Of a stretch of 64,000 nucleotides of DNA, positions 40,234 through 53,700 are shown in pieces; position 1 is the first letter of the stretch, and the number at the start of each line of letters is the position of its first letter. The notes beneath the pieces were generated by a model. That model had not been told where the DNA came from. It saw nothing but the letters and a program-made list of their open reading frames with translations, and searched no databases. Location: contig NW_003314350.1 of assembly GCF_000143415.4 (NCBI RefSeq), positions 310,001-374,000 of the forward strand, read 5' to 3'. The translations under genes and the position numbers were made by a program. Source of the DNA: Selaginella moellendorffii. Lineage: Eukaryota; Plantae; Lycopodiophyta.

Positions 40234-41127
40234 TCATTTTATACAATTAGGATGATTTTGTGTTCCTGTAGACCACCAAATATGATTTGGTGATTTTAGT
40301 GAATAAATTACAAGATTACAGTCATCTTGTATTGTCATGAATGTAAGAAATAAACAATAAGGTTGATTAATGCAATATTTACCACTAGACCAAATTACTG
40401 TTTTAAAATTTGTCTTTAATACAAGATTACCATCATTTTGTAAAGTAAGTTCACAAAATCCAATATATGTTTTTATAACTCTAGACATCCACACAAGTTT
40501 TTGACCAGAATATAATACAAGTTTACAGTCTGTTGATATAAAAAGTATATTTTTCCCATTTGGAGATATTAAATATTCAGAAGTTCTTAAGCTATGCTTA
40601 TAAAAACCTGAAATTAATGTACTTTTTGTAGTATCACAAGTTTTAGGATCTTTATAAGAAATGGTATGTAAAGATTTTGAACTGTAAATATCATCAGTAA
40701 TATTCCACCAATAATATATAGTATATGCAATTCTATAGTTTAAAGATTTAATATCACACATACTAGAGCGTGCATTTAGCATTGCATCAGTATAATGTTT
40801 TCTTAACGACCGAAATCCAGTTCTAAGTGCACGACCATTAACTGTATATTCAAATTTATCCTTACCAAATAAACAATTTGGAGTATTTGCTTCCATACGA
40901 TCTATCATTAAAAGAGCAGCTCCTCTACCAAAATTAACAGACATCCAATTGTCATAAGTAGAAGAATAATCAGGAAATGAATTATTAATTTGTGCTTCAA
41001 GTACTCTAAATCCATGTTCAATAATTACATCAACTTCATCTTGAAGTAATGTGTAATTATCCCCCCAAACTATTGCACTTGAAACCATATCTACAAAAAA
41101 TAGGATCATATATGCTAAAAATAACAT
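40234..41127 (-). CDS. Secreted protein with C-terminal bulb-type (GNA) mannose-binding lectin domain, 297 aa, intronless
   Basis: Hydrophobic N-terminus; QNDGNLVL and QDDCNLVIY (QxDxNxVxY); VIWSSG and WWSTGT motifs; intact ORF. Confidence 0.85.
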   Translation of the reverse strand: MLFLAYMILFFVDMVSSAIVWGDNYTLLQDEVDVIIEHGFRVLEAQINNSFPDYSSTYDNWMSVNFGRGAALLMIDRMEANTPNCLFGKDKFEYTVNGRALRTGFRSLRKHYTDAMLNARSSMCDIKSLNYRIAYTIYYWWNITDDIYSSKSLHTISYKDPKTCDTTKSTLISGFYKHSLRTSEYLISPNGKNILFISTDCKLVLYSGQKLVWMSRVIKTYIGFCELTLQNDGNLVLKTNFKTVIWSSGKYCINQPYCLFLTFMTIQDDCNLVIYSLKSPNHIWWSTGTQNHPNCIK

Positions 41128-41632
41128 ATTTAAGATTTCTAAATAAAATCATTTTATAGTGGTTTTAATTATTTTCTTTTATCTAGTAGATTAGTAATAG
41201 TATCTCTCTTTTAAAAATATTATCTTCTGTTTAAAGTTGTATATACATTTGTAGACACATTGTATGTACTATTTTATATTAAATATTGACTATTTTTTAT
41301 GCAAGCAACAGTAACCAAGACTTCTCCCAGGTCATGCATGACACACAGATCTACTGAATATCTCAAGATACCTGCGACACCTCCTTGATCATGCCAAGTA
41401 CTGCCCATCAGACTCTACTCTGAATATTCCCTTTTGACCTTTACTAAAGAAAAAATGTGTAATAGTCTCCACCTTAAAATATCAAACTCTGCAACCTTGG
41501 AAAGCTTCTTGATAAACTCTTTATTGCTGCACAATTGAAAGGTACTCCTCTTCAAAAGTGAAAACAATTGATTGCTTCAGATTTGAGTTGGCTACAGATG
41601 TTTTGCAAGACTGGTCTTGGCCATCCATATTG

Positions 41633-43310
41633 GTAGTAAAACTGGACATCCAAGGCATTGCTATTCAGCTGCAGTGCCAAGTGGAAATTTCACTGTACTC
41701 TTGTATGTTACAAAATTCAAGACAACTAATGAGGAATTCAATTTCCAATGCTGCAGCAGCAAATTCTTTGTGTAGTTTGGTCACTTGTAAAGCCATGCAG
41801 TCTTAACACTCCCAGCTGCACAAACTCACTGCCACTGGGTCCAAGCATGGCTGCGTTCTAGACACCACTTACCTGACCCAGTTCGCTTTTTCCAGGGAGC
41901 TCGATGAACTTGGAATACGAACCCATAATTTTTTCTCTTCCTCTTTCCTTTAGTCCTTGAAAGATTTCCTTATCTTTGTCACAGCTTCGCTCACAAACTC
42001 AAGCCACAGTTTTGGTCGATCCATTACTCCTGTTGCTATTGCATTGCTCTTCTTTTTCGGAAAGACCAGACCACCTTCCCATCCATCCTTGAGCATTTGC
42101 TTCCCTAGAGAGCTTTGGTAATGCTTGTCGTCTACTCCATCTGTAAGAGACCTCCCTCTAAAGTTTGGAGCCTGGATTCTCGATCAAGACTTGGTTGTGG
42201 TTGCTTGTCGATGTGTTCTTTATTGATCTGTTTGTGTGTCCTTGTGGATCAGCAAACTGGAGCTTGTTGTCAAGGGGTTAGAGTGTGCTCACGACCGAGA
42301 CAAAGTCAAAATCATGGGTTTCTCTTTTGTTTTAGACTAAGTCTGATTAATTAGTGGGGGATTAGTAATAATCCTAGGGCTATGACCCTTTGTGAGGATG
42401 AGAGATGATATACAAAAGAGGGCTTGATAGAAAGTAAAGAGCAAGTAGTGGTGTGATGGAGAACAATGATGGCATTGCCGAAGAGGCCAGTGCCAAAGAG
42501 GACAAACCTCCAGACAGCCACAGTGACAATTAGCATTGGAGCGTGAGGAGGCTTAAGTCCCTAGGCAGCAATTGTTTCTCCGTGCTTGCTCGTCTTGGTG
42601 TTCGTGGAGTTCCCCTCCACACTTGTTCGCTATCCTTGCATCACCGAACACCTCTTCGCAAACTCCCCTCACGAACTTAATCCCGTCTCATCTAGATGCA
42701 GCAAGACAAGCCATCATGGCCGTCTTCTCGCAAGCTTCTCAGTCTTTTGTGCTGGATTTAAAATTTGGGACAAATGCTTTCACCAGGGGGAGCAGCAAGC
42801 CTTTGAGGCAGTGATTGAACAACCCTTCATAGTAGCAGCCTAGAAAAAATGAAGTGAGTAGGTGCTCCTATACAATTTCTAATGCTTATATACCTCGCAA
42901 TATGAAGTAATTTGTTTTTCGCAGTACTGCCATGCACGGCTCCAACTTGCCTTGTCCTTGAATGCCAAAATGAATGGACCTTTTGAAGGATCATCATTGC
43001 TTCCAGTAGGAACTGGTACTCATAACACTGGAAGAACCGGCTCAAATGCAATCATTGTTGCTGAGGACAATAAGTTTGTGCTGTGTGCACTCACCAGATC
43101 TTCCTTGGCTGCAAACAGTTTTTCATCAGGATAAGAGAAACAAAAGAAAGAAGAATAAAAATGCTGCTCCTTCAACCTGGTAAATTTGGACGATAGGCCA
43201 TTGAAAATCTGAATATACTCACGCCTCAGAATCTATCAAGAACTTTCTGGAAGTTATGTGTGACAAAGATGAAGCTCCACCAGGAACACACCTTCAGACC
43301 TAAGCAGCAA
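41633..43310 (+). repeat. Segmental duplicate, copy 2
   Basis: Matches ~22898-24592 with small indels. Confidence 0.9.
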
Positions 43311-43495
43311 ATGAATTAAGGAAAACCCTACCTTTGAAGTGATTCAACCACCAGAATTTTATCTCTTTGTGAGTCCTTCAGTGTTGCACCAATGATGAAT
43401 ATTAGCTTGGTGCTAAAGATGAAAATAGTAATTCATGGTAAGGTCTTTATAAAATGGTTTAACATTTGATGAGGACATTGAATGGGTGGTGGAGT

Positions 43496-44145
43496 TGTGA
43501 GACACAAATCCTTATGCCCCAAAGTGGAGTTGAAAGGGTGCCATATGGTAATGGTCGAAGCAAAAGTTCAACGAAGGTAACACGTTTGGAAAAAAGGCTC
43601 CAACTCCGAAAATCAAGATCAAGAGTGGAACTCCTAAAGAAGTCTTCAAGGAATAAGTATGAAGTGATTAGTAAGCGAGTCATTAAAAAATGATATAAGA
43701 GGGACTGATATATGGCAAGTGTTATGACACAAGGAAGTGTCGAGACTAACTCCAAGATGGAGTTTGAGATGGAGTCCGAGAAGGAATCCGAGATGGAGTT
43801 TAAGATGAAGTCTGAGAAGGAGTCCGAGATGGGGACTGATACCAAGATTGAGACTGAGACCAAGACCGAGACTGAGACCGAAACCAAGACCAAGTTCGAG
43901 TCTGAGTTCGAGAGTGAAAGCCCAAAGCAATTGTCTCACAAACTAAGGGGTTTGAGCTCCAAAAGGATATAGTGGGAGGACTTTAATAGAACTAATTTGG
44001 CCAAGAAAGGCTAGTGTGACCAAAGCTTTAACTTCCTCTTCCAAGTGGCTCTGAGGTGACACTAAGGTTGTACCCACGTGGTGAGTGATGATATAACCAT
44101 TGGGGAGTCCAAAGTTAGAGTGAATGTCAAGACCCCCAACAAGAT
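43496..44145 (+). repeat. Truncated, diverged family A LTR preceded by PPT
   Basis: TGGGTGGTGGAGT then TGTGAGACAC; reverse complement of the family A LTR end and repeat array. Confidence 0.8.
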
Positions 44146-45364
44146 CAGGATTGGAAAATGTAAAAGACAAAGAGAAAAGCTAGTGGAGGCCTTAGACTGG
44201 CATTAATTCAGATTGTGGAGAAATGGAACAAGGCTAATCTATATATACTATAGGTTGATGAAGCTCCACCACTCTTGGATTGAGGACAGCCTAAATATAG
44301 CTGAGGTCGAGGAGGTGCCACATCATCATCAGGAATGTGGTTCGAGAATCAAGAATCATACGGGAAATCAGAGAGTCAGGAATATGGTCTACAAGTTAGG
44401 AATCCGGCAAGAGTCAGGAATGTGGCAAAAATTGGGGGATTCTTGACAGCACCCCCTCCTCAAGAACAAGTGGAACAAGGATGTGAATGAGAACGAAGAG
44501 GAGGATGAGATGGGCATCAAGGGATGGGAGATGGAGAATGAAAAGAATGAAGACTGGGATGAGAAGGATAGTAGTGGTAGAAGTCCTAAACAAGGTCAGA
44601 AGAATGAATCAAGTTGTCCACAGGTTCTCAAGTGCGTTCCTCAGGTCTGTAACCCTTCCAGTCTACTAGATAGTAGAGTTTAGACCGTGAGATCTTGGAA
44701 TCAAGGATGTCCTAAACCTCGTACTCAGACCCATCCTTGAGCTGCACTGGTGGAGGCAAAGGAATGACCCGATTTGGAATAGGACTGGGAATATAAGGCT
44801 CATGGAGAGAGGAGTGAAAAACAGGGTGAATTTGATATGAGAAGGGAAGTGCAAGGTGATAAGTGACAAGATTAATGATGGCAGTGATAAGGAAAGGACT
44901 GAAGCATTTGAAATCAAGTTTGGGACATGGCCTGGTGGTGGAGATATTTCGCCTGAGGAGCCAGACTATATCCCCGATATTGTAAGGGGGACAATCCTAA
45001 TGATGGACATTGGCAAAGGTTTTGTGAGATTCTTGAGCACGATGGAGGTGGAAGGAGATGGAGTTGTGGATTTTTTGGAGATTGGAGACAAATGCCTCAA
45101 AGCGAGTATTTGAATGAGAGGATTTGAATGGAGAAGGAAGTGAGAGATTGAATTGGGGATTTCAGCCAGAGTTTGTAAAGAAGGGGGAAACTCGAAGGGA
45201 AGAAGGAACAGAGTTGTTATAGGAGAACTCAGCAAGGGGAAGGATATTGAACCAGTCATCCTGATGATAGTTGATGAAGCACCTTAGGAATTGTTTCAAT
45301 ATCTGAATTATTCATTCAGACTCTCCATCAGTTTGAGGATGATATGTTGAAGAGAGGTTTGCCT

Positions 45365-46048
45365 TCACTCCAAGCAACTGCAAGAACCGTTGCCAGAAAT
45401 GAGAGATGAACTAAGGTCCCTGATCTGAAACCACATTTGCAAGAATCCCATGAAGTCGGAAAATTTCCCTGATACCAGTTTTGCCATATCCTCACCTGAA
45501 AACTCCTTCGTACACGGCAGGAAGTGCGCCATCTTTGTGAAGCGATCCACCACAACTAAAATATTGTTGAAGCCTCTAAAACTTAGAAGATCACTCAAGA
45601 AATCCATGGAGATGGATTCCCAAGGACTTGAAGGGACTGGGAGGGAATGAAACAAACCTGAAGGAAGGTGGCGAGGTACCTTATTCCAGGCACAAGTGTC
45701 ATAGGAGGTAACAAAAGCTTTGATGTAGTCGTCTATATGAGGCCACCAAAAGTCCCGTGCAACCAGCTCATAGAATTTTGCAATGCCAAAGTGACCAGCA
45801 GTCGAGCTATCATGGCACGCCATCAGGACCAACCTTTGAGCATCACCTTCAGGAACGTAAAGCTGCTCCCCATGGTACAACAAGCTATCTAAGAACTCGA
45901 ACTCATCTAATCGCCGGTAGTCATGAGTCACTGGGTGTCCAGCCTGAAGATCAGGGAAAATGTCGCTGGCGAGGTCGTCGGATTGAAGATCGTTTCTAAT
46001 CACGTCTATCAAGGAGGAGTCCTGAGGGGCAAGGGAAATTGCCATCAC
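45365..46048 (-). pseudogene. Gypsy integrase fragment
   Basis: CHDSSTAGHFG, PWESISMDF, LVVVDRFTKMAHF. Confidence 0.9.
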
Positions 46049-46116
46049 TTGAAACCGATCAAGACCAAGGATAACTTGATCCTATTGATCGAAGGCAGGA
46101 TTACTAAGCCTGAGAC

Positions 46117-47223
46117 TATAGCGCACGTGGTTTTGACCCTTTATCCTATGGTGATTTACCATAGGATAACACCACGAAGCAGAATCTAAACCCTCTTTAT
46201 GCCACATGACACATGCCACGTGTCATATGCCACGTGTCCAAAGGATAATGGTGCATAACCTAAGGTTCAAGGCATTGGGCCACTGAATGAAGGAATGGTG
46301 CCAAACTCCCAAGCATGGAACCAAGGAGTGACGGAACCGTACCATGGAGCAACTCCCGAGCATACAGCCCAAGGAGCGAAGGGACAGGAGCTCGGAGCGA
46401 CTTGGAATAGTCCTGAAGCAACTAGCATCCCAAAGCCAGGAGCAGCACACAAAACAGAGCCAAACTAAGTTTGGCGCTGTTTCGGCATACCGGTGGTCTA
46501 ACGCAAGGATATGAGTACTCCACCAACTAGCATGGAATGGAACATGGGCTTAGACCCAAGCCGGATGCAGAACAAGGACAGACAAGCAAGCAAGAGCTAG
46601 ACTATACCTCAGGTTGGTCGGCCATGCCCGACCTACCCACTATCCCTACTATACATTTAGAACCCCCCATAGCCCTCCCCCCCCTTTTGAGGAACACACA
46701 CTTTGGGCTTTCACCCCAAGCCTCCCTTAGTATCAGGAGTTAGTCTCTGGGACAAACTCGAAACTTACTAAATATGGAATGGCGCTAGATTGTGAATTTG
46801 GACACGGGACGAACATTATTGTGTTCAGGACAATCTCTACATTCTGTAGATATGCCAAATGAGCTAATTTAGACACTTTCCATAAATAGCATTTGGGACC
46901 AGAATAAGACTAACACAAAGGGCATGATAGTGAGGGTGTTTAGCAAACATGGTAAGTTATCATCTAGTGATATTGAGGGACCAAGCTCAATATCACGGGG
47001 GTTCTTAATACTAGCAAATGTAAGTCAATGACTCAAGTTTCTCAAACCAGGCCGAGTATGCTCAACAAGAAACACATAGGGTTCCTACCTTATATTTATC
47101 AAATCTAAGTACATGGTCATTGACCAGTTTCTCAACTAGCTCAAGTGGGAATTGATAACAGGCCCAGCAATACCGACCTCCTGCCATCGTGGCAATAAGG
47201 AAAGAATATCCGAAAGGACTAGC
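46117..47223 (-). repeat. Family C LTR (one end truncated) inside the host pol
   Basis: Reverse-complement similarity to 16762-17887. Confidence 0.85.
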
Positions 47224-47224
47224 C

Positions 47225-47749
47225 CAGCAGACCAAGAGAAGGGAACATCCTTACGAGTGAGATGCATGAGAGGAAGGACAATATTGGAGTAGTGATCAAT
47301 GAATTTGTTATAGAAGTTGGCGAAGCCAAGAAAAACCTGAATGTCCAACATTGATTGTGGAGGCTCCCATTTAAGAATAGTCTTGATTTTGGCAAGATCC
47401 ATCGTGATACCCTCATGAGTGACAATGTACCCAAGGAACTCCACATACTCCTGATCGAAGGAACATTTCTCAAGCTTCACGTATAGGCCATGTTCCCATA
47501 GCTTTGCCAGCACCTTACGCACATGCTTGTCATGCTCCTCCTGAGTTTTTGAGTAGATGAGGATGTTGTCAAGGTAGACAATCACCATCTGATCAAGAAA
47601 CTCCTGAAAGACGTCGTTCACCATGTATTGGAAAACTGCTAGAGCATTTGTCAAGCCAAATAGCATGACAGTGTATTCGAAGTGGTCATCGTAGGTTCAA
47701 AACGCAGTCTTCCATTCATCACCAGGCCGGATTCGGATAAGGTTGTATG
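47225..47749 (-). pseudogene. Reverse transcriptase fragment (C-terminal half) of the host element
   Basis: MLFGLTNALAVFQ, VYLDNILIYS, FLGFANFY. Confidence 0.9.
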
Positions 47750-50700
47750 TGTAAGGAAACAACTCACCAAGGTGTTGTAGGCTAAAGGATCCCCAAAAGC
47801 ATGACCAAAATGACAAAGAGTTCATCGGATGGGACTAAGTCGAAGATCGAGTCCAAGACCGACTCTGAGACCGAGTTCGAGATAGAGTCCGGGATCGAGT
47901 CCGAGGTCAAATCAGAGACCGAGTTCGAGACTGAGTTCAAGACAGAGTCCGAGATCCAAATCGGGTCCGAGACTGAGTCCGAGGTCAAGTCCGAAGTCGA
48001 GTCCGAGATCGGGTCCGAGATCAAGTCCGAGATCGGGTCCGAGACCGAGTCCGAAGTCAGGTCCAAGATCGAGTCCAAGATCGAGTCCGAGACTGAGTTC
48101 GAGTACTAATACGGGTCAAGGGGTGAAAGCCCAAAGTGTGTGTCTCCCAGGGGGGGGGGCTGCAGGGGGTTTCCAAAAGTATAATAGGGATAGTGAGGTC
48201 CAAGAACTAGTCTTGAAGGAACTCTCCAGTGGTGCTTCCAAACTAACTTGAGGTTGAGACTGGGGCCAAGGGGCCTTGGGTGGGAGTGAGCAGGGACTTG
48301 GGTGGTGCCAGAGGAGCCACCCCAGGAAGTGCTCAAGAGCAGTTCCCACTCTCGAAACGGGAAACCGATTGTGGTGCTCCCAGCTCATGTGGAGTGGTGC
48401 CCCACTTGAGTACCATGCGGCTCATTGATCCTCGCCCTTCCTAGGGGCTTGGGCTTCCTTTGGGATGGAAGTGGGGGGGTAGAGGTACCCATACCGGGCC
48501 ATTAGGCCACGGTGTTTCGCCCCGGCGTCCCGAAGCAAGTGTTGCACCTAAGACTTGGGATTTAGAGGGTCCCATGATCAAGTCTTGTGGTACCAAGGGG
48601 TGTTAGGAACCTAGAGGCTTGGTGTGCTTGGCTGCTTGTGCCTGCGGGGAGTGTAGCTGAACCTTAAGTCCAGTCTAACCTAGGGAGGGGGATTGGGAGA
48701 GATTTGGGAATCCGTGGATGGATGGCTAACACTCCGTTGCTCGTGCAGTGAGTAGCTGAAATAAAGTAGAACCAAGTAGGAGCTGGTACCATAGGCAGGA
48801 ACCTTGGCGAGGGAACTTAGCAAAAGCCAAGGCAGTGTTGGATGGATAGACGAGGTAAGTTGGCAAATTGGAAAGGAAAAATTTGTGGCTTACAATTTGG
48901 TATCGGAGCCTTTCCCTCAGTTCTAGCGAAGGATAGAGGCGGATTGCTGGGAGATGGCAAAGGCAAGGCGGAAACGAACCAAGGCAGAGACGGAACCTCC
49001 TCCAGAGCTGGAGCCTTCGGTCGAACAAGAGGCTATGGATAAGGAATCCTTGCATGAGGAGGACTCCAGTGAAGAAACTTCCAAACAGGAGTCCGGTGGT
49101 GAGGTTCGGTCGTCCAAGGCTCGATTGAACGTTCTAGAAGGACAATTGGCACAGACCAATGCCCTGTTGGAGACTCTCGTACGCAAGATAAAGCGTGACG
49201 AAAAGCAGAAGAAAAAGCAAAAGACTGCGGATGCTGGCAGCGCAGAAGGTGCGGATCCTTCGGCAAGGATTGAGGCAAAGCCAGACAAGGTTGAACAGAC
49301 CGAAGTGGAATCAATCCCACAAGCAGTTCCCAAGTACAAACCAAAGCCCCCACCGGTCTTCAAGGGAGTGAACGACTATAAGGTGGTGGAGGATTGGTTT
49401 TATGATATGGGGGACTACTTCCGAGTGTTGCAGTTACCAAGCTCAGAGAAGGTCTTATGTGCAAAACCATACTTGGCAGATAATGCCAAGTCTTGGTGGA
49501 GAACGACGGAGGCCAACTAAGGACCGGTGGCCACTTGGGACATGATGAAAGTGAGCATCCGCGTGACATATGTTCCTCTGAATGCTACTCTGCATCTAAG
49601 AGACGAGCTGAGTAGGCTGAAGCAGACAGGAACCATTTAGAAGTATGTGAATGGGTTTATGGCAAAAAGGTTACTTGTCACGGACATGGGGGACATGGAT
49701 GCATTCCATGCCTTCATATCGGGCTTGCAAACCTGGGCTCGCGGTGAGGTGATGCATTGGAACCCGAGCAATTACAAAAAAGCGTTGGATGTGGGTATCA
49801 AGGTGCATTTCAATGATAACCTGCGAAAGGGGAACACGACGGGGTTGGGGTCCACGTTTAGCAAAGTGGCCAAACCAAGGGGAGCATATAGCAAAGGGAA
49901 ATTCAAGAAGAGTTTCTCTAAGAATGAGTCCTCGGGGTTCCGGAAAGGCAAATCCGGTGGCCAGCGAGCAAGTACGTGGGGGAGTCAAGCCAAAAGAGAC
50001 AAACCCATGGATAAGAAGGTCAAGTCATTTAGCAGCATGGGAAATAACATATGCTACAACTGCGGTGAAGCGGGACACTTTTCGAAGGAATGTCCCTACC
50101 CCAAGAAGGCCAAAGCCAATATAGCCATTAAGTCGGGTGAAAACCAAACTGAGGTATGTGATCCAATCCTTAGCTCAAAGTTACTCATTACACGAGCAAC
50201 TTTGGTAGAGAGTTGTTTGCGACATCTACTAGCCCTCTGAGGGAAGCTCGGAGGTAGCTTTGTTAAGATCTTTATTGACACGGGTGCTTCGGATAATTTT
50301 GTGGCTGTAGACATAGTCTGGCAAGCTGGACTAACGGTGCAGTGGTTAGGTGAACCAAGGACTATAGAGTTTGTTCAAGGTAGCCAAAGCACCGATGAGG
50401 TACTTCGACAAGCGAAAGTCGAAGTAGGGACTTGGAAAGTAGACATGGATTTCACCGTGTTGGACATGGCGGGATTTGACGTGATCTTTGGGATGGATTG
50501 GTTCAATTAGTTCGTGGTAGCCCTGCATGGACAAGGTAGGAACCTTGTGGTACTAGTGAATGCCCAAGGAAGAAGATCCAGGGTGGAGGCCTAGGATCTA
50601 AAGGTAAGGCAATGCAAGCCCAAAGATTCGTGCCTAAACCTGGTGTCCACGAGAGGACAACTCACTAAAGGGACCAAGGCAGCATTTTTGTGCTTACTCT

Positions 50701-53700
50701 TGGTGAGGAGTGACAAAAAAACAAGAACGAAAGAAGTACCTTTAGTGATCCAGCGGGTGTTGGATCAATTCTAGGATACCATGCTGGAGGAGCTACCGGT
50801 GGGGTTGCCCCCTGCACGACCGATAGAACATAAGATTGAGCTGGTCAAGGGTGCTGAGGCGGTGGTTCATCCCCGCTATCGTTTGAACGAAAAAGAACTC
50901 ACGAAGCTCAAGCGCCAACTAGAGGAGTTGGTGGACAAAGGGTATGTTAGGTTGAGCAAGTTGCCGTATGGGGTGCCGGTGCTCTTTGTGAAAAAGAAAG
51001 ATGGATCTATGCGCATGTGCATAGACTACCGGTTGCTCAACAAGTATACAAAGAAGAACAAGTACCCTTTGCCAAGGATTGAGGACCTGTTCGATAGGTT
51101 GGGAAAGGCAAAATACTTCTCGAGGATTGACCTAAGGTTAGGATACTACCAGATCAAGGTAGCAGAGAAAGATGTCGAGAAGACAACCTGTCAAACGAGG
51201 TATGAGAGCTTCGAGTTTCTGGTGATGCCCTTCGGGATATGCAATGCGCCGGCAACGTTTTTGGCATTGATGAACCATATCTTTGTACCCTATCTGGATC
51301 ACTTTGTGGTCGTCTATATTGACAACATCCTGATCTATAGCAAAACATTAGAGGAGCATGCCAAACACTTGACGAAGGTGTTTGAGAAACTAAGGGAACA
51401 CCAGCTATATGCTAAAGAGAGCAAATGTGACTTTGCTCAACAAGAGGTAAAGTTTCTCGGGCATGTGGTGGGCAAGGATGGGCTCAAGGTGGACCCTGAG
51501 AAGGTCCAAGCGATCCAGGATTGAGAGCGACTATTGAATGTACACGAGTTAAGGGCATTCTTGGGGCTATGCAACTACTATTGAAAGTTTATCAGACACT
51601 ATTCGAGAGTAACTCTACTCTTAACGGACCAAATGGGAAAAAGGAAGATGGTATGGATAGCGGAATGCGAGGCGGCATTCGTCCACCTCAAGGGGAAGTT
51701 GAGGAAGGCTCCCGTGTTGGCGTTATCAGACTTTGGTAAGGACTTTGAGGTAGAAACAGATGCTTCAGACTATGCGTTGGGCACAGTTTTTAAGCAAGAC
51801 AACCATCCAGTAGCGTTCTTCTCGAAGAAGTTGGACAAGGCTCAATGGAAGTGGCCTGCCCATAAGAAGGAATTGTTTGCGGTGGTTAAAGCGCTCAAGG
51901 AGTGGCGACACTACCTTGGGAGACACTTCAAGGTTTACATGGACAATGTGGCAACGAAACACTTCTTGTCACAGCCCGACCTGAGAGGGAAACAAGGTCG
52001 GTGGGCCAATGCTTTGGCCGAGTTCGATTGCGAGATTCTATACAAACCTGCGAAGAGCAACATCATGGCAGATGCGCTAAGTTGAAAAGCGAGCTTGAAG
52101 TTAGCAGTATCCAGCACGACAACAACCTTTTGGGATGATGTGCGGACCGCATACGAGAACGATGGTTTGGCACAAGAAGTGTTGCTGAGGAATCTAGAGG
52201 CACGGGAAGCTCACCAAAGAGGTGAGTTGCCAACGGAAGAGAAAACAAGTTATGCGGAACGCAACAGACTTATATATTACAAGCAAACGAGGGTATATGT
52301 TCCAGAAGGGGAACTAAGGAAGGTAACCTTAGAAGAGTGTCATGACGGACCTCTTGCGGGACATGGCAGAGTGCCCAAGACGATGGGCTTACTCAAGAGG
52401 AAGTACCACTAGCCAGATATGGCTAAGGACGTTCAAGACTATGTAAAGACATGTCCAACATGTCAGTAGGTCAAAGCCATGACTAAGGCTAGTAAGGGCT
52501 TGTTACAAAGCATCCCAATTCCAGATCGTCCATGGAAATGTCTTACGATGGACTTCATCACGAGACTCCCCCCAAGCGAGGGGTTCGATGCGATATTCGT
52601 GGTGGTGGATTGATTTTCGAAGATGGCATATTTCATACCCACCACAACGGAAGTGGATGCGAAAGGTGTGGCGAAGCTATTCTTTAAACAAGTGGTTCGA
52701 GTACGGGGAAGGCCAAAAGAGATAATCTCAGATCGAGATAAGATCTTCACCAATAGGTTCTGGAGAACACTCCTGGAACAGTATCGCACCAAGTTGAAAT
52801 TCAACATAGCCTATCACCCACAGACAGGTAATGGGTATTAAGTCAAGTTTGATGGCACTAACATTTCTTGACAGACAGACAAACGGAAAGGGTGAATAGG
52901 CAGCTAGAGGATTATTTGCGATGCTATGTCTCGGGAGACTAGACTGATTGGGTAAGTCATTTGGGACTTGTGGAAATGTGTTATAACAACTCACCACATT
53001 TGAGCATCAGGGTGAGTCTATGGGAAGTCATCAATGGGCGAGCTATTGAAGGTCCTGTGGAACTCGGCATGGCCGAGTATCATGGAGAGTTGCCCACAGT
53101 GGAGGCATTCACAGCAGAAAGACTCAATATTTAGAATCTAGTGAGGGATTCCTTGGAACGAGCTCAACAAAGGCAAACCAAGTATGCGAACCAGAAGCGC
53201 CAGGATGTAGAGTTCTAAGCTGGGGAGAAGGTGTGGCTGAACACCAAGAACCTCAGGCTATCAAGTGGGATCAGCCAGAAGTTGACCCAAATGTAAAAAT
53301 GCATGTATTCCTGTAAATGAATTGATCTTGAGTTCCTTGAGTAAGTTCGCAGGGCCTTATGAGATTGAGGCTCGAATTGGTAAAGTGGCTTACCATCTTT
53401 GACTTCCTTGAGAGATGGGGAAGATGCACCCTGTGTTCCACATGAACTTACTCAAGCCGTATTTTGAGGATCCGCTTCGTAAGGACCAAGTAAGACCTTT
53501 ACCTGAGGTTATCCAAGGGGAAGAGGAATACGAAGTCGAGGCCATCCTCAATGCGCGCAAGAGCAAGCGATAAGGACGTGAGGTGAGAGAGTTCCATGTG
53601 AAGTGGAAAGGATTTCCTCACTGCGAAGCAACATGGGAACCGAAGGAGAACCTAGTGAACACGCGAGATTTAGTGGAGGAATTTCTGCAAGGCAGAACAC

